DNA of 64,000 bases from Eledone cirrhosa. Lineage: Eukaryota. Below the pieces are notes generated by a model. The model ran no database searches, was not told the DNA's origin, and was given only the letters and a program-made list of their open reading frames with translations. Position numbers and translations under genes: made by a program. This document shows, in pieces, positions 55,429 through 64,000 of this stretch (positions are counted from its first letter, which is position 1; each line of letters begins with the position of its first letter). Location: positions 11,780,001 to 11,844,000 of the forward strand of contig OZ024763.1 in NCBI GenBank assembly GCA_964016885.1. Reading direction: 5' to 3'.

Positions 55429-56153
55429 CCCTTTAGTGTTCAAACCGGCCAAAGCCGGCCAGAATTCTCTACCTCTTTCTGTTGAAACTGGCTGTAACTG
55501 GTCAATCAAACTGATGTTAAGGTATTGTTCTCAAAATAAATACTTTCAAAATCTCATAGATTCGATATTGTGTGAGATAATTATGTGAGGTAAAGCCTTT
55601 ATCATGAAAATATAATAGTATCATCATCATTTCATTTTACGTCCGATTTTTCCCTGCTTGCAAGGGTGGGACGGGAACTGATGCTGGCTTGATTTCTACA
55701 GCTGGTTGCCCTTCCTAACAACAACCTCATTTACAGTGAGTGCTGGGTGCTTTTTTGCCGTGGCACCTCCACGACCACTTTGCAGTGGAATGATAGGGAC
55801 CCCAGTCCCTATCATCTCATTTCTACAGCTGAGTAAACTGGAGCAATGTGAAATAAAGTGTCTTGCTCAAGGAGACAACACATCACCCGGTCTGAGAATT
55901 GAACTCACAACCTTTCGATTGCAGGGTCAATGCTCTAACCACTAAGCCATGTGCCTCCAGTATATATAAAATAATTGTTTCTACTTTAGGCACAAGGCCA
56001 GCAATTACCCAGTGCATTACTGGTACTTTATTTTATCGACCTCGTAAGGATGAAAGGCAAAGTCAACCTCAACGGGATTTGAACTCAGATCATAAAGGGA
56101 AGTAATACTGATACTGCCAATCCACCACATAAAATAATGTGAATGCTAAAGGG
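55429..56153. mobile_element. piggyBac-type MITE containing SINE A (55620-55958, minus) and SINE B (55976-56128, minus), itself inserted in SINE C
   Basis: TTAA|CCC...GGG|TTAA; the flanks rejoin into the SINE C body (compare 42726-42785). Confidence 0.88.
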
Positions 56154-56684
56154 TTAATGTAGTTCTCAAGGAGATTCAAGGTTAGGGTGACAGTGAATCA
56201 CAGGTACAACTAATTTTTGTCAGCTGAGTGCACTGGAGTTATAAGAAATAAAGTATTTTTCTGAAAGAAACAACCACACCACCAGGAATCAAATTCACAA
56301 TCTCAATGACAAGCCTAACAATAACAGCCTAACCACTAAGCCACACACCTTCACCTCTCATGACATAAATGTATGTAGATGTTGATGTAGATATAACTCT
56401 TGCTACAAGTCTACACCCACCATGCTGATGAGGTTAATAGTATGAAACATTATAAATCTTCTAAATACCTCAGCTTCTCACACATTTACAGCACAGCTAT
56501 TGTATTACTACACACTTTAGTTGATCTTAGCTGCTTGTAATGCTATACATTTATTAACTAAGGCTCTACTTGACAGAGTTATTTCATGTAGAGCCATATC
56601 AGTGACAAGGCCTTTCCTACATTATATACTGTCTCTGTGGTGGCAGTGGTGGGGAAGAATAATATATCAAAATGAACATATCAG

Positions 56685-56751
<67 letters not shown>

Positions 56752-57369
56752 ACACACATACACATTTATATACACACACACATACAGGGTGTCCCAATTT
56801 GCATACAGGAAGGTCTCTCTGGAAATAGGGTTGGGGGACGATGAAGGTTTTCTGTGTCTGTGAGGGTGTGGGGTCAGTGACCCACAAGGTTGGAGAACCT
56901 CTGGTCTATCACGACCTGTCCAACCCATGCTAGCAGGGGAAACTGATATTAAATGATGTGCGAGTGTGGGGCGTATTTTATGGTTTTCAATAATTCAAAC
57001 TCTACTATTACCATGATGCAAGTAATCTAATTATTTAAGCTTAACGAGATATTTATTTCTTCTTTAATTGCTAAATAATCTTTCTTTATGGTTGGTGTTT
57101 CGAAGAATCGGAGTGTGGTATATAAGAGTGTTGGTAGTTTGTGTCAAAATATACACTGCCAAAAACATTGGTATATCTAATTAACATCATGTGTGTGTGT
57201 ACACACACATACATTGTATTTATTGTGTGTGTGTGTGTGTGTGTAGACAGTTGTAAGTTCTCTTCAGCTAATAACCTCCCTAGTATTGGTGTCATAAAAG
57301 GCACTTTGCAGTGCACAGTAACATGTAAGTAAAACACAAGTCTTGGCTCATCTAAGAGGCTCTATTTAA

Positions 57370-57589
57370 CCCTTTAGCATTCACATTACTCTATATATAC
57401 TATCATATTTTCATGGTATAGGCTTTACCTCACATAAATATCTCACATAATATCGTATCTATGAGATTTTGAAAGTATTTATTTTGAGAACAATACCTTA
57501 ACATCAGTTTGAGTGACCAGTTACAGCCAGTTTCAACAGAAAGAGGTAGAGAATTCTGGCTGGTTTTGGCAGGTTTGAACATTAAAGGG
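57370..57589. mobile_element. piggyBac-type MITE
   Basis: TTAA|CCCTTTAGCATT ... TTAAAGGG|TTAA. Confidence 0.88.
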
Positions 57590-57795
57590 TTAAATGAGGT
57601 CATTAGCCCAACTTCAGTACTGACTTGGTCAATCCAACCCTTGTTAGCAGGGAAAGCGAAGATTAAATGATGATATATATATAAAGGGTTAAATAACAGC
57701 CACATGTTCGGCATAAGTAAATATTTTGTCTTTCCTGCTCTTCAATTTCCTTCACTATTCTGAAGATGAATGTAGCCCCAGATGTTATGTATTAA

Positions 57796-58350
57796 CCCTT
57801 TAGCATTTAAACCGGCCACATTCCTGCCAGATTTCTCTCACCACTTTCCATTCAAACTGGCCATAACCAACTGCTCATACTTATGTTAAGGTATTGTTCT
57901 CAAAATAAATAATATCAAAATCTCAGATTCGATATTATGTGAGGTAAAATGTTTACCATGAAAATACAATAGTATATATAGAGTAATGTAAATATTATGT
58001 GAGGTAAAGCCTTTACTGTGAAAATACAATAGTAAATATAGAGTAATGTAAATGTTATGTGAGATATTATGTGAGGTAAAGCCTTTACTGTGAAAATACA
58101 ATAGTATATATAGAGTAATGTAAATGTTATGTGAGATATTATGTGAGGTAAAGCCTTTACTGTGAAAATACAATAGTAAATATAGAGTAATGTAAATGTT
58201 ATGTGAGATATTATGTGAGGTAAAGCCTTTACTGTGAAAATACAATAGTATATATAGAGTAATGTAAATGTTATGTGAGATATTATGTGAGGTAAAGCCT
58301 TTACTGTGAAAATACAATAGTATATATAGAGTAATGTAAATGCTGAAGGG
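57796..58350. mobile_element. piggyBac-type MITE with internal 60/72-bp tandem expansion
   Basis: TTAA|CCC...GGG|TTAA; ATGTGAGGTAAAGCCTTTACTGTGAAAATACAATAG repeated about six times. Confidence 0.88.
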
Positions 58351-58810
58351 TTAACTTTTCCTCACTAAGAGTGAATCTAAGATTTGCAATTTGTCTTAGC
58401 TGCCATCTTGTTCTTCTGTTTCTTTCTTCACACACACACTCACTTAAGCACTGTTTCTATTTATTTTACATTTTCTTGCACTATTTATTTAACCATTTTG
58501 TTGCCATTTAAAAATCAACATATGGCTGGTTTCTCATCCATAAAACAGTCTACATGTTCTACCTTGTTTGATAACGCTTCAGTTAACCTGTCATTCTCTT
58601 GCTGCACCACTGATGGCTTCAGACTCAGTGGAGCACTTATAACTGGCACTCCGTCAGTTACAACAGATACGATCAATGGAACAGCCTGCTTGTAAAATTA
58701 TCTCGTAAGTGGCTGATTATTCCATAGACACACAAACCCTTAATGTAGTTCTGAAAGGGATTCAGCTTGACACACAATGTGACATTGCTGGCCCTTTGAA
58801 TTACAGAGGT

Positions 58811-58881
<71 letters not shown>

Positions 58882-59539
58882 ATTAGAGAATAATTAACTA
58901 AAGATATATAACTAATTAACAATAAATGTTAGTTAGTTATATATGTTTAGTTAGCTATCTCTAATCTAATATTATGCTGTAATACATTTGTCTTCAGTTA
59001 TCTCGACAACACAATATCTTACCATGGAGTATTTCAACTTGTATTATTACTGATAACTATATCTTGATATAAATGGCTCAAGTGGATACCTCCGCTTATA
59101 ACCCAATTGTTTATATATATCATCATCATCATCGTTTAACGTCTATCTTCCACGCTAGCATGGGTTTAGAGGGGAGTTGTACCACTTGAGGCAAGATTGG
59201 TTGTCTTGCTCGTATAGGACTGCCTGGCAGGTTTTCTACGGCTAGATGCCCTTCCTAACACCAACCACGTTTACATGTAAATAAAATAAAGACTGCCTCC
59301 ACTCACAATTGACCCTGGGACTTGAACCTTGAAAGTTCCTCTTCAAGGCAAGACTTCCCATTTTATTTATAGATGTGTATGTATGTATGTGTGTGTGTAT
59401 ATATATATATATATACACCCCCAGTAGACAACTGATGGGGAAACCCCCCCCCCCCTCTTCTTGCTTCCTTCTTAATTTTAAGCCTACCTTAACTAGCAAC
59501 TACACAGCCTTCCTAGTCTCCATTTATTCTCCCTCAATT

Positions 59540-59609
<70 letters not shown>

Positions 59610-60062
59610 CAAGGAAACAACAAACAGAGGTACAAATGTCTTATTAGTTTCATGCTTTATATGGAAAAGGGGAAAGAAAGTTTGAGGTGTCGGGCTTGAT
59701 GTGCCCTTCTTCAGGAGTACAGAAATAGAGAGGGGATCACAAAGTATAGATACAGAAAATAGAAAAGGTAGTCCAAGTAAAGAAAAAAAAAAAGAAGAAA
59801 ATTGTGTGTGTGTGTGTCTGTGTGTGTGAGAGAGAAAATGTTTCATGCTGATAAGTGATAGCTGTTAAGAAGGGCAAGAAGCTTTAGAAAACTTGCCAAA
59901 AACTGGAATGTCTGGGCAAGACAGCATGTTGTGGGCCTTCAACACATCTGGTATTCACCCTAAACAACCTCTCTGTCATATGGCACCGTGGAAAATGGAC
60001 ATTTGATGAGATATAGGCATGTAGATATACACTTCGGCTGTTAGGACACCTCTTACTATATA

Positions 60063-60113
<51 letters not shown>

Positions 60114-60331
60114 GTCAAAGATGTACATCCATATATGTATACTGAAATACTAGTATGTATATGAATACACACACGTATACATATGTAGATGTACCAAGTT
60201 TTTTTTCACTGATCACTTTACTGTGAGTGGCCAGCTATTCTGTATGTAAACACACAGACAAACCGGTTTTTAGAGTCATACTGGTTTTTGAGGAAACACC
60301 TTTCCTCTATTCTCCAGAAAGCCAGACAAGG

Positions 60332-60376
60332 AATATTGAACTAGTTTCGTTGTTGTTACAACTCATCAGCAATATT
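60332..60376 (-). ncRNA. Minimal type-I hammerhead ribozyme, complete
   Basis: AAUAUUG-CUGAUGA-GUUGU(AACA)ACAAC-GAAA-CUAG-UU^CAAUAUU. Confidence 0.9.
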
Positions 60377-60800
60377 TACCTATCTTCCGGCCTCTCTAGA
60401 GAATCGTAAAAGCACATATCGCTATATGCTTTTTCTATGAAAATTAGTAGTGGGCAGACCAACTTGCATAGAGTGTGAGTAAGTACCGGTTCAACGGAGA
60501 CGATAAAAACAAATAACGAAACGAAATTAAATTTCGTTTCGTTTGTAACTCACTTTTGTATGACTGACGCTCAAACAATTAAGTCAAAGATGTACATCCA
60601 TATATGTATACTGAAATACTAGTATGTATATGAATACACACACGTATACATATGTAGATGTACCAAGTTTTTTTTCACTGATCACTTTACTGTGAGTGGC
60701 CAGCTATTCTGTATGTAAACACACAGACAAACCGGTTTTTAGAGTCATACTGGTTTTTGAGGAAACACCTTTCCTCTATTCTCCAGAAAGCCAGACAAGG

Positions 60801-60845
60801 AATATTGAACTAGTTTCGTTGTTGTTACAACTCATCAGCAATATT
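60801..60845 (-). ncRNA. Minimal type-I hammerhead ribozyme, complete (second unit)
   Basis: Identical to 60332-60376. Confidence 0.9.
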
Positions 60846-61002
60846 TACCTATCTTCCGGCCTCTCTAGAGAATCGTAAAAGCACATATCGCTATATGCTT
60901 TTTCTATGAAAATTAGTAGTGGGCAGACCAACTTGCATAGAGTGTGAGTAAGTACCGGTTCAACGGAGACGATAAAAACAAATAACGAAACGAAATTAAA
61001 TT

Positions 61003-61124
61003 CAGTGTATTACTGGTACTTTATTTTATCGACTCCGTAAGGATGATAGGCAAAGTCAACCTCGGCGGGATTTGAACTCAAACCATAGCGTCCGACCCTC
61101 TACCGATACTGCCAATCCACCGCC
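61003..61124 (-). mobile_element. SINE family B 5' part (tail missing)
   Basis: GGCGGTGGATTGGCAGTATCGGTAGAGGGTCGGACG...GAGTTCAAATCCC...AAAGTACCAG. Confidence 0.88.
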
Positions 61125-61579
61125 CAAGTATGGGCGAGGTTTCAAATTTTCATTAGGTTCATTCAGGTGTGACACATGTTTCGCAGTTGATCAGCTCAAG
61201 GTTCAGTCTGTATCAATCAGGCCCTACTCTGGAACCCAAAACCCATCAGACTTCTGTTGGTGCCACCACACACACACACGTGATATTTTATAATGTGGTG
61301 GTACAGAGAAGATAGACAATAATGTAGAAAGGACAAAGACCAACATTTAAGCAATTTCTATTCCTAACCATGAAATGTTTCTTCTTTGCTGTTTTTGCAT
61401 TACTGTATGAGAGGGGGGGGGCAGACAGAGAGAGGGGGGGGGGACAATAGATGTACAATTTATTGTTACATGAAACATCAACAAGAGATATATTTTTGTC
61501 TGGCTTTTAAATTAATTCTTTTATGATGTTTAATTTGACTTTTGTTTCTTCTTAAATAAATATAATTATTTCACATCCT

Positions 61580-61600
61580 CCTTCACACACACACACACAT

Positions 61601-61641
<41 letters not shown>

Positions 61642-62070
61642 CACACACAACACACAAACATACATACATACTTCACACACACACGTATACAACAAACACA
61701 CACACATATATATATATACACATACACACACGTATACAGCAAACACACACATACATACATATATATATATATACATATATACACATACACACACAACACA
61801 CAAACATACATACATACTTCACACACACACACGTATACAACAAACACACACACACATATATATATATACACATACACACACGTATACAACAAACACACAT
61901 ACATACATATATATATACATATATACACATACACACACAACACACAAACATACATACATACTTCACACACACACGTATACAACAAACACACACACACACA
62001 TATATATATATACACACACACGACACACAAACATACTTCACACACACACACGTATACAACAAACACACAC

Positions 62071-62109
<39 letters not shown>

Positions 62110-62157
62110 AACATACATAGATACTTCACACACACACATATATATATATACACATAC

Positions 62158-62200
<43 letters not shown>

Positions 62201-63145
62201 GATAAATCTACCAAGAGTTTACGGTAGTGTCCAATCCGTATGAAGAACTCAATGTATTCCGGATATCATGGAAAGAAGAGATATTTGTTTAATATTTTAT
62301 ATATATATATATATATATATACACATGCACACACAACAGACACATACATACTTCACACACAGCACACACATACATAATAAACGTACAACACATATATTTA
62401 CACCACACACATACATACACACAACACAAACACATATCAAACATATACACAACACACACACACACACAACACAACACACACACATAGCATACCACACACA
62501 CACACACATGTATACATATGAGAGAGATGATAAAATCCTCCTAGATATTATTTATCTGTAATTACCAGAAAAAGACAAATTATTTTATTAAACTAATTTC
62601 TGATGTCACCACATCAAAATAGATACACACACACACACACACACGCACACGCACACGCACACGCACACACACACACACACGTGCATACACACACACACAC
62701 ATGTGCATATACACATACACACACATGTGCATATACACACACACACACATGTGCATAACACATACACATACACATACATGTGCATATATACACATACACA
62801 CATGTGCATATACACATAGACATATACATATACATACATGTGCATATACATATACATACATATATACATACACACACATATACATATACATCACACATGT
62901 GCATATACATATAGACATATACATATACACACATGTGCATATACACATACACATATACATACACACATGTGCATATACACAGACATATACATACACACAC
63001 ATGTGCATATACACATAGACATACATACACACACATGTGCATATACACATATACATACACACACATGTGCATATACACATACACATATACATATACACAC
63101 ATGTGCATATACACATACATACACATACACATACAAACACACATC
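61580..63145. repeat. (CA)n/(TA)n compound repeats
   Basis: Direct inspection. Confidence 0.9.
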
Positions 63146-63554
63146 TCACCCCTCCTCTCTCACACGTCTCACTCCTCTCCCCACCGATTAAAAACCCCTC
63201 CCCCACCCCATTCTCACCCCCTCCCCACCCCATTCTCACCCCCTCCCCACCCATTCTCACTCCCTCTCCCCACCCCATTCTCACCTCCCTTCCTCTCTCT
63301 CTTTTTCGTTTCATTCCTCCTCATTCTCATCTCTCTCATAAGTCCCACTCCTCTCCCCACCACCTTGTTCTCTCCCTTGACACCACCACCACCACCCACC
63401 CTCCACATCCTCCTCTCCATAAATTTTTCTACATAAATTAGTAAATACTTCCAACCCTACTTTGGAAAACAAAATTTGATAAAGTAAGCACCACACCCAC
63501 ACTCACCTACCCACACTCTTACATTCATCTTACTCTATCCACATCTTATCCCAG

Positions 63555-64000
63555 CAACCACCCCAACACTACCACCAACACTACCACCCCTATCACCACC
63601 CCCATCACTGCCACCACCATCACCACCCCCATCACTGCCACCAACACTACCACCATCACCACCCCCATCTCTGCCACCAACACTACCACCCTCATCTCTG
63701 CCACCAACACTACCACCATCACTGCCACCAACACTACCACCATCACCACCCCCATCTCTGCCACCAACACTACCACCATCACCACTACCAACATCACCAC
63801 CCCAACACCATCCCATTACTACCACCATCACTACCACCATCACCACCCCAACACCACCACCATCACTACCACCATCACCACCCCAACATCACCCCCATCA
63901 CTACCACCATCACCACCCCAACACCACCACCATCACTACCACCATCACCACCCCAACATCACCCCCATCACTACCACCATCACCACCCCAACACCACCAC
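63555..64000. repeat. (CAC/CAT)-derived degenerate minisatellite
   Basis: Direct inspection. Confidence 0.88.

Larger units (their letters stand above)
60108..61002 (-). mobile_element. 469-bp tandem repeat (1.9 units) with one hammerhead per unit: retrozyme / Penelope-like pseudo-LTR
   Basis: 60108-60533 matches 60577-61002 with no difference seen by eye; the minus-strand 3' end abuts (TA)n. Confidence 0.85.

Noticed and set aside
56420-56455. Plus-strand CTGATGA...GAAAC
   Set aside because: Stems I and II cannot form.
60227-60878. Duplicated 60-aa ORF
   Set aside because: GTG start, no recognisable domain, and antisense to the ribozyme; a by-product of the tandem repeat.

Overview
This 64-kb window is repeat-saturated, AT-rich eukaryotic DNA. 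The SINE repertoire and microsatellite load look cephalopod (octopod)-like, which is an inference from remembered repeat families. No intact host protein-coding gene is recognisable, and nearly all long ORFs in the track are translations of micro- or minisatellites. Supported content includes decayed non-LTR retrotransposon fragments (R4/Dong-like and CRE-like with restriction-like endonuclease, plus RTE), several modular tRNA-derived SINE families, TTAA-flanked piggyBac-type MITEs, Tc1/mariner and Tigger-like MITEs, a Helitron-like element and large minisatellites. The most striking signal is a set of short non-coding elements, usually joined to (TA)n runs, that carry minimal type-I hammerhead ribozymes. 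One is a near-identical 469-bp tandem repeat with a complete hammerhead in each unit (60108-61002), the architecture of a retrozyme or Penelope-like pseudo-LTR. Five further loci carry complete or near-complete cores, all on the minus strand and several with fold-back ends. A second signal is that three minisatellites are tandem amplifications of retroposon sequence located exactly at the 5' end of their parent RTE or SINE copy.
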